64,000 bases of DNA from Eledone cirrhosa (Eukaryota). Below, piece by piece: positions 26,030 to 38,915 of the stretch; the first letter of the stretch is position 1, and each line of letters starts with the position of its first letter. Location: NCBI GenBank assembly GCA_964016885.1, contig OZ024740.1, positions 411,928,001 to 411,992,000 of the forward strand, written 5' to 3'. Below the pieces are notes generated by a model. The model did no database searches. It saw only the letters and a program-made list of their open reading frames with translations, and was not told the DNA's origin. Position numbers and translations under genes: made by a program.

Positions 26030-29000
26030 TTACCGCAATTCAGATGAGCTATCGAAAGATCTTTGCAACTATGTTGAAAGGCACAATGCAATCCGCGGGT
26101 ACTGACATGTCTATGATGAAGCACGGTTTGTTGTTTTTATCGTTTCTTATAATATCTACTTTCTTCGCTTTGATTGTTCTATCAGTGTGTTCAGTTACAA
26201 AGCCTAAATGGTATCGATACCAATTTTTGTTACATCTCTTCCATAGGAGTTACATATTTTCTACTGGATGTACTACTCCACTCTGATGTATTTGGTTTGT
26301 ATCTATACGGCGCTACGGTGGTGCATGCAGATATTAGATGAACCACTGTTTCACTATTTCTGTCAACGACAGGCATTTTGGGTCATGTCTTTTTCCCAAT
26401 ATGTTCGTCTGATATTTTTGTGGCAAGGTATTGGTCATGTGCAGCAAGTATGAAACCTTTCTGTTTCGGCATCAGATACAGAATTGAACAGCCACGGATG
26501 GGTTTTGGTTTTATTTACATCAGCTTGTATACTTTGAGTCGACTACTGGCCATGTGCCATTTTTCCTTGATCTATTCAATAGTTTACGTGTGTTTTTGTC
26601 GCCTTTGCTGATACTGTTTGTGGAAGGTGATTTCATTTGTCACACCTACACATATATTTGTGACGTTTTAATCAGAGAATAAAACCTTTTGCACAAAAGA
26701 TACCCAGGTAGGTGCATTTTTGATCAAGTTTTCTTATTTTGTGTTTATGATCAAATCAATGCTGGAACTTGTAGTTACTTTGCCTTTTTTCAAGGACAGC
26801 TTAGCACACTTATCAACACCAAAGTCCATGTCTATGTCATGTCTTATACAAAGCCTCGAATTTGTTATCATATTTAGAGGACAAAAGATGTACGCTATTC
26901 TGGGGAGGAAGCACATTAATCTCCCTGAAATATTCCTCCGCGTAACCAGATTTCTTCTGAATTTGTCATCCCCTTACTGTATTTCAAAATAACAACATGT
27001 TTCCATGAACCCAATCTTGTTTCAAGACATTTATGATTTTGGAGATATTTTGGAAATCTCAAGAGATTAAAAACCTGTGAATGAGGGACGTTATCAAAAG
27101 CTTTTCGATAGTCTATCCAGGCTGTGCTAAGACTTGTTTTCCTTGTAGAGCAGTTCTATCGTAACATTTTCTTTATTAATAGTTGCTCCTTACAATCATA
27201 TGACACCCGGTGGCACACCCTTTGCTCTATTATGTTTTCCTGCAGAAATGAATTCACAAGGTCATTTATTATTGATGTAAGGAGGTTACATGTTGTGGAG
27301 AGGCATGTTATTGGTCTGTAATTCGTAGGTTCATCAGTTTGTTAATTTCTGGGTAAGAGGAACGTTATTCTCTTTGTGACCCAGGCTGGCAGCTCGCGTG
27401 GTGAAATCATAATTTTTATAGAGCCTTTGCCATCTAATCTATGTATTGATATAAGGGGGTGAAGTCAAATGTTTTGTACTTTTTCAAGGCCATGTGACTG
27501 ACATTTCTGAAATTTATTGAAAGCAAATTAGATATTTTATTTTGTTGCTATATCCCTTATTCGTACTTTCTGCAGTTCATTCCATTTCTCATTTCCATCG
27601 TATTCCTTTTGATTATTCCAGATGTTTTCCCAGACCTTTTGTTATTCTTTCATTGTGGGTGGTTCTTTTATATCTATTTAATGTTTTCTAATTTCTCTAT
27701 AGAACCTTTTGGAATCTGTTTCAAAGATCTTGCTTGCCTATAAAATGTTGTTCTTTATTCTTACCAACTTAACCTTTGTTATTTCACTTGTAACTTTGAC
27801 TTCAATCTTTCGTTTATTATTGATATGTTGCGTATATCTGTTATTTTATATTTTATTTTTATTGTTCTGTATTTCAAGGTAGTCATTTGAACTCCGTTTT
27901 ACATTTCAGGAAGTATGAAAATATCCCTTCTCAGTACCTGTATTTGCTTTTTTATTTTTACTTTCCAGACAGACAGTTTATGCTTGTTATGAGTATTTCC
28001 TTCTTCGTGTTTATGTTTAATTATTCAGTTACAGTTAATCCTGTTGTGTATATAATGCAGGTTAGCTTACTTGATGTTCAACGACAGTAACGTATTCTTG
28101 TATAGAATAATGTATTCTTGTATACAATAATGTATTCATTATATGTATAAATGATGGTAGTGCATTGGCAGTATCGGTAGAGAGTCGGACGCCATGATTT
28201 GCAGCATAGAGTTACGGCCCTTTATAACCTGAGTTCAAAACCCCCCTGAAGTTGACTTGGCCTTTCATCCTCACGGGGTTTATAAAATAAAGTGCCAGTC
28301 AAGCACTGGGATCGATTTAATCGACATTCCCCTCCCCCAAAATTTGCTGGCCTTGTACCTATATAGGAAACCATTATATGTATAAATGATCTTCATTTTA
28401 AATTTTGTGAATTTTAATTTTGGTAGATATTGCCTGTCACACAAACTTATCTGACTGCCTCTGCTTACAACCTCAGTTATATGATTATGCTGCTGTGACT
28501 TTATTTCTATTTCATTGTGAAATGTTCTGATGGAGATAAACTTTCATGTCCGTCTTCCTGTATTTCTTAGGTTATGTAACTTAATTCAAATTTCAGTTGT
28601 TCAGAATGGGTGTTGTTGGTCAGTATCCAGTTACCTCATGTTTCCGATATGTTGTGGTTGCTTTCGTCAGGAGAAACCTCAGGAGCTTCAACAGTTACAC
28701 TATGTTTAGTAAAGGGGCCATTTAATTAATTTCATTTAATCGAATTCTACTCTGGTAAACCTATTATTTCACATGATAACCCTGCAGACAATAGAGTTTA
28801 ATTGCATGTATGTAGAATCTTGTATCATTCCCAATGCTTTCCAAGCAGATGTCATAGATTCGATTTGCGATTTTAGAGGTAGATTTTTCTAGGGCTGAGT
28901 AGATCGCTGTAATAACTTGGGTATACCCTTAACGGAATTATTTATGACGGATTTTTGTTGTAGAAATCTTATTGTGATCGAGAATTTGATGGTTGAAATT

Positions 29001-29210
29001 GTTCCGGTTTTGGAGACCAAATGCCTCGTTGCGTTTTAGAAGTGTTTTACTTTAGCATATTTTTTGACATCAGACTTCTTCCCTTCTGAGGGATGCGGGA
29101 CTTAGTGACCTGGGTGATGATCGATGTGGTATGATGTGTGATAAGTTATCATAACATGGAGGGTTTGCTGGTAAGGTACCAAGAGGTCCAGTGTTTTTAT
29201 TGAGGCACAA
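26030..29210 (-). mobile_element. Old, degraded R4/Dong-clade LINE
   Basis: Minus remnants NYRPITCL (~27300), DIDMDFGVDKCAKLSLKKGK (~26800), TDRTIKA..DII..CFIIDMSVPAD (~26100); interrupted by a SINE. Confidence 0.75.
28155..28378 (+). mobile_element. tRNA-derived SINE (family A, longer variant)
   Basis: A/B boxes and core, plus an extra GGGATCGATTTAATCGAC..CCCCTCCCCC segment. Confidence 0.85.
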
Positions 29211-29719
29211 CCTCTAGATAGGTTGTCAATCAAGACTTAATTATAATCGATTTTCCCTAGCCCCAAATGGCTGGCCGTGAGCCAAAAGTAGAAACACTTT
29301 CTTCTTCTTCTTCTTCTTCTTCTTCTTCTTCTTCTTCTTCTTCTTCTTCTTCTTCTTGTACCGGTTATTTTTGGAATTTTTGTTTTGTTCTAATTTTTTT
29401 AATCTCTTTTTATTATTAAACCCCACAGCATATACATCTGATAATTTTCTATCACATACACTGGTTTATGGACATACAACTTCTCAGAATGAGGTAAATT
29501 ACTTAATTTTTTTAAATGCATGTGGATCTCTTTTCCTATGATATCATTTCTCCATCCTTTATAGTGTGTCTTGTTTAGGTGTTTACACTTCTATACGATG
29601 TTCGCCACTATTTCCTCTCTCAGCTCAGAGTAGTATCTCTTCCTCGTTCTATAGGATACCTCTTGTGCAGCCAGTACTGTTCACTGTGTAGATTACTTAC
29701 CCAGTCCCATATCTGTGTA

Positions 29720-30757
29720 GATTCTTTAACCAGTCCCATATCTGCGGATCTCTGAATTCTGTTTTCTTCAAAACGAAGCTATGAAAGGCTTTTTAGTTTA
29801 CATATACTGGCCTATTAACGTCTCGTTTAATACAGCCTTAAGCATTGCTTCGTTACACATATTTGTGTAAACAACTCTTCTCCATCTGAATAGAGTCTTC
29901 CATGCTGATAAGACCACATCCATCTTCAGATCTCCTTAAGAATAATCTATCAACATCATCCTTCCTATGAAACATACTGTAGGTAGTTATTAATTTCTTT
30001 GTTCTTTTCTCAATTTCAATTGATAGATATTTATACTTACTGAGTTTCCCAAACTCATTCGATGAGATGTTATGATCTGATGGAATGCTCCTGATGTTTA
30101 AGACACATGATTTCCCTCTATACTTCTTCACAATTATATCAGCTCTGTTGGCTTTAACTATTTGGTCAGTATCCACAGACAAATCCCATAAGAATTGTCA
30201 CGTTCTCCCCACCTTTTTCTGCATGTGGGTGATGGTTCTGCGATTTTCCCTCCTTTTTTAATCTATAGAATGTGCATATTATCCAGTGTAAGTAATGCTC
30301 CTCTCTATCATACTTCGTTTTATATTCCTGGAGAGCTAATATTTTGCAGCCTGAAACCAAGTGGTCAATGGTCTCAGCATGCTCCTCACAAAATAAAAAT
30401 TTGAGTCAGTTCCATTTCTGATTACATTGGCCTGTATGTTGTGCGTTGAAAGACACTGGTCTTGTGCAGCGAAAATGAAACCCTCACTCTCTGCCTTTTG
30501 CCCAACACGCCACAGCCTCTGACCTGTCAGTGTTTGATCTACATCAGATTTATTCCTACCGAGAATGTACTGACAATGCACTGATTTTTGCTACCATTTA
30601 GTGCACAGTCACTGTTGCACCTTCATGTTTTGCCAACATTTTGATGTTCTTTGCGGATTTAATTGCAGGATTGCCATCATTTTCGAAATGTATTGTCAAT
30701 TCTTCTGCAACGTTCCTACTGTCCTTTGTGACTGAATGTAACCTCTTCTTCCTTTCC
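29720..30757 (-). mobile_element. Rearranged R4/Dong LINE fragments
   Basis: AESEGFIFAAQDQ, TDQIVKANRADIIV..KLSKYKYL, then MFHRKDDVDRLFLRRSEDGCGLISMED (homologous to ~7450-7770). Confidence 0.8.
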
Positions 30758-31350
30758 TGGCATTTGGTGAGAGGTAGGGGTGACTGAACTTGCCTGTAGA
30801 ACAATAGGGGAGTGACTGGAGCAGTCAAGCGTTGAAAGTGATATGTATACAGCAGAATCTAAGGCTAGTGTATGAAGTGGAGGAGGGAGGTTATAGAATA
30901 GGTAAATCGAATGAGAGTAGGAGACAATAAAATATAATAGAAATAAATAAAAAAATATATAAAATTAGATAGTGAGAAATGAATTAAAAAAATCACAATG
31001 CTATCTTACAATTACAGGTTAATAAGTTGAGAATAGAAAAAAACTTGAAGAAAGTGAGTAGTACAAGTTTTTTCTATTCTCAAATTATTAACCTGTAATT
31101 GTAAGATAGCATTGTGATTTTTTAAATTCATTTCTCACTATCTAATTTTATATATATATTTTTTTATTTCTATTATCTTTTATTGTTTCCTACTCTCATT
31201 CGATTTACCTATTCTATAACCTCCCTCCTCTACTTCATACACTAGGCTTAGATTCTGCTGTATACATATACTTTCAACGCTTGACCGCTCCACTCACACC
31301 CTATTGTTCTACAGGCAAGTTCAGTCACCCCTATCTCCCACCAAATGCCA
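30758..31350. repeat. Large imperfect palindrome (~290-bp arms, 16-bp spacer)
   Basis: 30758-31047 is the reverse complement of 31064-31350; the right arm continues into a PLE-type tail with a degenerate hammerhead (31432-31510). Confidence 0.85.
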
Positions 31351-31604
31351 TGATACACTTATTTGTGTTTACAACAAATTTTAACCAATCCTCTTGACAA
31401 CTACAATCTTCCCATATAAGGAAGTACCCCCTTGAAAAATTCGGCTATTTATTCACCAGGCTAAAAATTCTAATTTAGTCCAGAAATAGCCGTCGAAACG
31501 GCTTGAGCTCTGCCGTCGGGGTCATACTTTTTACTATTTCCCACTCTACTACCCTAAGTATTGAGAACTCTGGTGCGTCATTGTCCATTTTATATATATA
31601 TATA

Positions 31605-31865
31605 AAATTAGAATCGGTGCTCTGAAATAGCGATATATATATGAATGAATATATAGTGTATTTTTCAATACACTGTATGCTTAATTAAAAGTATTTCGAA
31701 GACCTTACTCTAGTGTTTTAGAGTAGTGACAGTCTCACTTTAATTTTCAGCCAATTTTGCTGAGAATTTAAAGTGAGACTGTCACTACTCTAAAACAATA
31801 GCGTAATGTCTTCGAAATGCTTTTAATTAAGCATACAGTGTATTGCAAAATACACTATATATACA

Positions 31866-31875
<10 letters not shown>
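31605..31875. repeat. Foldback palindrome (~115-bp arms) of a diverged relative of the 310-bp array unit
   Basis: Arms 31636-31751 / 31759-31875; shares GCTCTGAAATAGCGATATATAT and GAAGACCT with the array unit. Confidence 0.8.
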
Positions 31876-31931
<56 letters not shown>

Positions 31932-31997
31932 TATATATATATATGAAGAATGAATAATAAAACAGGTAGACATCATAAGAAGGTAATTTATTCCGAG

Positions 31998-32117
31998 TGC
32001 TTACAAATGTTTCAACAGTAGTTATACAGCCTAGTCATGCTATGTGCAAATTGGTAGTTATTTATTTGCAGAAACTCAATTTTCAAAAGCTGCTTCTTCT
32101 ACCGTATCATCAGAGCA
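31998..32117 (-). ncRNA. Type I hammerhead ribozyme with extended stem II
   Basis: tgct CTGATGA t-acggtag...ctactgt-t GAAAC ATTT GTA agca. Confidence 0.65.
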
Positions 32118-32589
32118 GAATGGTTAAAATGTAAATACCCTTGTATTTCTTAAAGGAAGTTATTGGGGAAGATAGAGTAGAAAAAGGAAGAGACAAAGAA
32201 AGGGAGAGGGAGAGAGAGAGAGAGAGAGTAAGAAAGAGATATAGAGAGAGAGAAAGAGAGAGATATGTAGGGGTCGGAGAAATGGGAGGGAGTGGTTTGA
32301 AGAATACAGATAGCTTAATCTAAATGTTTTGATAGGGGTTAAACAAGTGGTTTTATTATACTGCATACTCTCAAAATAACAGCTTAGGCATTGTGTTGAT
32401 AGTGTCAAGTTTGGAATTATTTATTGCAACAGAGACCTGGTTGATAGATGTGGAGAGGGAGGGGGTAGACCGAGGGCAAGAGTGTGAGGGAGGCAGGGAG
32501 AGAGAGAAAGAAAGAGAAAGACAGAGGGGTGACAGAGCAAAGCTACGAGAAGGAGAAGGAAAGGCGGTATACATCGAGTTTATAGTTGT

Positions 32590-33512
32590 AGTCTGCAAAT
32601 CGCACTCAAGTATCCATTTATGTCCTTTATCGAAATGGAAAGCCTTTCCATCTTACACGCCGAATATTATTCTAGAGGCTAGGAAAACTATTATCAAGTT
32701 TGATAACTGCTACTGGGAACGTAAGGACAGACCCACCAATTCGACATCACCATGGGCTCTAATGATTCAGCGGAGGTCAGTGATCTTGTGGGAATTTATA
32801 TAGCACACATAATACATGGAAAATGTAATAATCTACAGGGGAGAATATATAGAGATGACGCGGTTTTATTAGTTAATAATTTAAATAACCAAAATCTTGA
32901 AAAGCTACGGAAAAACATTAGGAAATCTTTCAATGAACTGAGTCTAAAAATAACGTACGAATACAATCTTAAAGTAGTAAATTGTCTAAACGTAACTCTT
33001 AATTTGAATACAGGACTGATACGACCCTCCCTCCCACAAGATAAATGAGAACCTTACCTATATTAATTGTAACTCGAATCACCCACTTTCCATGATCAAA
33101 TCGGTTACCCGTAGTATTTCTCTCAGAATCTCTCGTCTATCATCTAACTCTGAGATTTTCAGTCAACATGCTGAATACTATAAAAACGCATTAAGGAATG
33201 CAGACCACCGGGATACAATAGAATGCATTGATAAGAATATCCATAGCATACATAGCTACACACGAAATCAAAGAATATGTAACCGGGGTACGGAAATACA
33301 GGCGCACACACGCAGTACCACCAGGCATACTAATAATAGAAAATCATCACCAAACTCAAATAAATTACGTTGTAGAAAGTATATCTGGTATAATCCCATT
33401 GTTAATGCTTCGATTAGTACAAAACTATCTCTTTCATTCATTAAGTTAATTAACAATCATTTTCCTAATTCCCATAAATACATTAACATTCTAAACTCTA
33501 AGACTATTAAGC
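32590..33512 (+). mobile_element. Penelope-like element reverse transcriptase remnant
   Basis: MGSNDSAEVSDLVGIY..GRIYRDDA..LNVTLNL; [16 protein letters not shown]; [21 protein letters not shown]. These are PLE RT and thumb motifs; frameshifted and ending in a microsatellite. Confidence 0.88.
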
Positions 33513-33591
<79 letters not shown>

Positions 33592-33613
33592 CTATATATA
33601 TATATATATATGT

Positions 33614-33656
<43 letters not shown>

Positions 33657-33661
<5 letters not shown>

Positions 33662-34264
33662 GGTGGCTGCCAACTCGTTTTCGAGTGCGGCCACTACTTT
33701 ATATCCATGTAGGAGAACTCCTACCGATGCGCTGAACGAGTGTGACTTTTAGTCCAGCCAGCGACTTGAAAACTCTGGTACAAACACTACACTTGTGACA
33801 AATAATGACACATAGTGCTGGGCCCATGGCACCATGTGACGACGAGTGCAGAGAGATATCCAGATATAAAGCAATGCCTGTGCCGTGAAGCTTTTATAGT
33901 GAGCAAAGGCACTGCACAAAGCCAGTCCCACTCTCTGAACCAAGATGATATTTACCAAAAAGAAGAACAAGTCAACATCATTGGATACCATCAGAGTTGC
34001 AGGTGTTATATCAGAGTTTTCCTTCTCCTAGAATTCTGCCTTGACAAAGGCTAAGGGGTCATCTCTCCCGGTGATTTTGGATGGCCATTGACTCTTAAGA
34101 GCTCCTTTGCCCTTTGACAGGTTTTGTTTTTAGTCCTGCAGGATGTCCAAAGTCACCCTCCTCACCAAGAAACCATGGTGGGGTTGCCAGTTCAGTTGCC
34201 AACGACCCGACCATGGGACAGGTTGTACTGGGATACATGTTACCAGTAGCACCAACTAGTGACC
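33657..34264 (-). mobile_element. Complete non-autonomous RTE-dependent element (~610 bp)
   Basis: Same structured 5' end as 12349; 3' end GCAGCCACC-ATGT; 3' half repeated at 59737-60030; upstream flank is (ATGT)n. Confidence 0.75.
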
Positions 34265-34308
34265 TGACATACATACATACATACATACATACATACATAC
34301 ATACTTAC

Positions 34309-34422
<114 letters not shown>

Positions 34423-34792
34423 ATATATATAAGTAAAATATTAATATTGTCATTTTTATTGTTAAATTCACTCGCTTTTAATTCTTTATCGAAAAGTATG
34501 TATATATTCCTAATTAAGTCCTATTCATATTTGATTTCATTGCAATAGTTCTAAAACTTCAATAACATAAGAAAATTATAGTTTTGCTTCTAAACAGTTG
34601 GTCGCTTAACTATAAATTAGTTAAATGTTAATTGTTTAAAAGCGGTTAATACTGGTTGTTTATGAGCTTTTCAATATTTTCTATTGTCATCCCTTTTAGT
34701 TTCAAATACGTCTGACACAAAGTAAATGTTTTAAATTTCTTCGAGACAATCCTCTGCATATATTTCACAGTATATATATATATATATATATA

Positions 34793-35622
34793 AAGATGTA
34801 GCCTATAGCATAAGATGTACAGACTGTATTTGCAGAAACATGACAACGACATACATAAGTTAGACAGCCCGAAGCAAAGGAGAAAGGATAGACCAACACT
34901 GGGGGAATTAAAAGGACGAAAACACGGTTCAGAACTATACGAAAACGCCAGACAACAACATGACGGTAACATAGACAACGTAGAAATTAAAATAATATCT
35001 AAACATAGAAATGACCCAGCAGATAGGCAAATCAGAGAGACAAGCGAAATAGAGCTTAGAAAGCCAAAGCTAAACAGAAAAAATGATGGAATAACAACAA
35101 CACCCAAACAAACAATACTGACTTAAGTGAAATATAAATGAATAAATATATACACAATAACAACAAACACATATAAACACACCCTAGTAAACTAAGATAG
35201 AATACAATAACCAAAACACAGTCACTCAAACGCGAACAAACACACCAAACACTATACACACACGCAAACGCATGCCCAGAGAAGACACAAAAATAAATAA
35301 ATAAATAAACAGACAAAATAAAATAAAAATGGCGTAGACATACAATACAATAGGAGGAACATAATAGTACTACTGATGATGTTGCAGATGTGCAACGAAA
35401 TACGTTTGTTAGACTATATATATGTGTTTATATCTATATTATATCTGCATTTTTGACCGTTGGTCAGTCAATGATAAACTTCGAGGACCAAATGAATTAA
35501 CTGTGGAGATATAAAAGATACAGAAGCGAAAACCAACCAAACAGTGAGTGTGTTCTGTTATTATTTCTGGCAATATTTCTGGCAATAGTATTACAACAAT
35601 ATGAACCTCCCGAAGTATAACA

Positions 35623-35625
<3 letters not shown>
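34793..35625 (+). mobile_element. PLE 3' end: GIY-YIG endonuclease remnant plus tail with hammerhead-like motif
   Basis: VAYSIRCTDC..TYIS*TARSKGERIDQH, then after a frameshift SELYE..H..IKII..RQIRE..I..KPKLNRK; CTGATGA t gttgca/tgcaac GAAA at ~35372-35400; the tail recurs at 44712-45218. Confidence 0.8.
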
Positions 35626-35683
<58 letters not shown>

Positions 35684-35727
35684 TGAAAAAGAACAAAGGA
35701 ACTATTATGACATTATAACAAGTTTAT

Positions 35728-35774
35728 TGCCGACAGCCGTTTCGTCCGACCCCATGGTGGGACTTATCAAGGCA
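35728..35774 (-). ncRNA. Type I hammerhead ribozyme with U3:A8 core covariation (GUC triplet)
   Basis: tgcc TTGATAA gtcc...ggac GAAAC GGCT GTC ggca; distal stem I extension atgttata/tataatgt. Confidence 0.7.
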
Positions 35775-36715
35775 TATAACATGTGATTGCAAGATCATTG
35801 TTTACATCAACGTATCACTCAAGGCTAGCAGTTTGAAATTGTTGTATACATCAGCAACTCCGCTTGTATAGTTGGGGTCAATATTCGAAGGGGGGCTCTT
35901 TTATATTAGTTGTCGGGGTCAGGGATTGAAGTTTAAAAATTAGACAAAAATATATAATTTACGCATCAACATTAAACTAAAAGACTTGGGGTCCCATAGA
36001 AGCATCTTAGAAAATCCCTCAATGAGTGCATAAAGCTTACAGGCTCCAATAAACCTATTAGACTAGAAGAAAATTAAGAGGCTAATAAAATAAGAAAATA
36101 AAAATATAAAGTTTCCCTAAAAAATATATAAAGTTCCTATGAAATTTCTTCTAGAGAAAAAAATTTTTTTCCGAAAGAAAAAAACCTTCTTCCCCCGAGA
36201 TCACGTTTACAAAATTCAGAAAACTGAATTGAAAACTAGGTTGAAAGAAACTAATCAATTAGAGGTTAATTGAGAGAGCCTTCCATAAATCTCTCAGAAA
36301 AGGCCCCTTTAATATTTCCAATAGGAACTTCTTCCGAGAGACCCTTCGAAGAATTAAAATTTTAGAGAGCCTTTAAGGATAAATATAAAAACGAATTGAG
36401 GAAAATTATACATTAAAAGTTAAAAATTAGAAATTACGGTATTTGGGATGTCCGAGGAATTTTCAAAGGGCTGCTTCAACAGATACAACTTAGGCATAAT
36501 AGATACAATAATCTAAGCAATTTAAGTAATTTAATTAGGGAGCAATTCAAGGAGTTTATCAAGTTGGGCAAGATTAAAGAAAGTGGTAACTAAGAAAATA
36601 CATAAGCAAAAAGACAATAATTATAAAATGTATCTTTAAGAAGGTATAAGGTAGCTTCAGTGATCTAACCATGTATTATCACAAAAAAAACATTCTAAAA
36701 TTATTGATACAGGAT

Positions 36716-36878
36716 TAAAAATTATTACAAAATCATTACAAAATTACCACAAAATCATTACAAAATTATCAAATCATCACAAAATTACCACAAAACCATT
36801 ACAAAATTATCAAATTATCATAAAATTATCGCAAAATTATTACAAAATTATCATAAAATTATTACAAAATTATCACAG
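36716..36878 (+). repeat. Degenerate ~11-bp minisatellite (AAAATTATTAC / AAAATCATTAC / AAAATTACCAC)
   Basis: Direct reading; bracketed by TTATTGATACAGGAT direct repeats. Confidence 0.85.
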
Positions 36879-36976
36879 TTATTGATACAGGATCAACAAA
36901 GACAACAATATATATTCCTGCCCAATCATATATTTATATATATATATATAAATATATATGTGTGTGTGTGTGTGTG

Positions 36977-37688
36977 TACAAATTCCGTCAGAAAACTAAC
37001 AGGACCTAATGGGTAAATATTAACTGGTTCCTTCAACTTGTGACATAACATCCGGGAGTATATAACTGCAATGTCACGTCTGTGCAGCAACTGAATGTTG
37101 TTTCACGTGCTTGTGTTAACAGCCCATTAATTTAAGGCCGTCAAATGATAGATACAGAACAAAAAACCAGCCTGCACTTTCTGGTCCGTCTGGGGAAAAC
37201 TCTGTCAGGTGCACTCGGAAACTGCAGCAAGTTTACAGAAGTGAGACGATGTCACGCTCATAGTTTTTCGAGCGGCTCAAAAGTTTCAAAGCGGGATACT
37301 AGGACGTGTAGGATGATCCCATGTGCAGGAGATCGGTGAAAACATGGTGCCGAAGCTTCTGAACGACGACCATAAGAAGCGGGGAATCTAGGTGTGTCTG
37401 TACATCTTCGAGCGTCCTGAAATCGAATCAGACTTCCTTGGGAGAGTCAACACCAGTGAGGAGTCATTGAACGTCAAGTACGACCTGCAGAAGCCATCAA
37501 CGGGCTAGGACGATGGAGCTACCGGAAACTCCGAGAGAGTCATTCCATAATTGAAGGGAGAGGTGGTGGAGTAGGAATAGAAGTGGGTTAAACTAAGTCC
37601 GATTATTTTGAAAAGGAAAACTTATATTTTGTATTTAGAATTTGAAATATATATATTTGTATCGATCTGTTCATTTTCTGTCGCAGTA
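36977..37688 (+). mobile_element. Internally deleted Tc1/mariner DNA transposon
   Basis: EQKTSLHFLVRLGKT HTH start, VPKLL and FLGRVNTSEES (mariner VTGDE-like) remnants; degenerate TIRs sharing CAGAAAA..AACAG; TA at both ends. Confidence 0.75.
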
Positions 37689-38387
37689 TATATACACACA
37701 CTTATATATACACACATAGTATATACACACAGTATACATACACACACTTATATATACACACATAGTATATATACAGACACTTATATATAAAATATATGCC
37801 AAAAAACTCTACTTTGGGAGGTATAAGCTACACAGATTAAATTAAGAACTTGTCACTCATATAAACGTCTTCGACCATGGTTTAAAAATCGGAATAGATA
37901 GTACCAGTCATTTCAATTCATTGGAATAACTTATAATGTAAGAATTCTTCTTTTCTTCAGGGAAGTCTTCATTAGAAAAATACAGGTCTATTTAACAGAA
38001 AATATACAAACATTTCGTTGTCGAAACCGCGTGCTGTCCAACATTTTGCTTTGTTGAACTACTAAATGAATAAATCTATTTCTATACATAAGAATAATGC
38101 AATGAGCTTATAATGACGCTAGAAATAGCAGCCCCAAACATTGTATAAATTAACTCTACAATGTAGTTGTTATTAATGTAAATTAAAAGTTATTTGTCTC
38201 TAACACTTGGTCACCCCAATGAATGGATAAGATATACAGATCAGATACCACTCATAGAAGCAATTTTACATATTAAAATTCCTTCTTTAAGTGATATCTT
38301 GTCTGAATATTTTAACTATTCATTGAGATATCTAAGTATTAGAGACATACAACATTTCAATTAATATATATATATATATATATGTAT

Positions 38388-38429
<42 letters not shown>

Positions 38430-38775
38430 CTGCGTGTATGTATGTGTGTGTGTATGTATGTATGGATATATATATATATATAATACATATAATATGTATG
38501 TCTCTCTCTTCGAGTTGCTAACACACACGTGGTTTCCCCTCTTCGGTTTGTTGTCTCCCGTTTATTTTCGCAGTTTTCGTCCTTTCTTCTCTTCTCCCTT
38601 CTCTTCTATATATTTTTTTCTCTCACTCACTTTTTTTTCCCAATAACTTCCTTCAGATATTGACGCACTGGAGTTAGATACCTTGTCTTTAATGCGTAGA
38701 AATATCCATGTTGCCCAGCAGAGAACGGATGAAGGAAAATGTTCTTCCTATTTCTTCTTATATATATATATATAT

Positions 38776-38915
38776 ATAAATGCTCTGAAATAGCGATATA
38801 TATGTGAATATAGACATAGAATATTCGAAAATATTCTGTATGTTTATAATAAACATTTTGAAGACCTAATCGCTATAGAATAGAATACGTCACGTATTAC
38901 AATTAGATTCTCGAT
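38776..38915 (-). repeat. Inverted partial copy of the array unit; perfect 126-bp foldback with 38915-39040
   Basis: 38776-38901 is the reverse complement of 38915-39040; starts in (TA)n. Confidence 0.92.

Noticed and set aside
31432-31510. Functional hammerhead
   Set aside because: TTGAAAA core and stem II are present, but stem III, the cleavage triplet and stem I do not form; treated as degenerate
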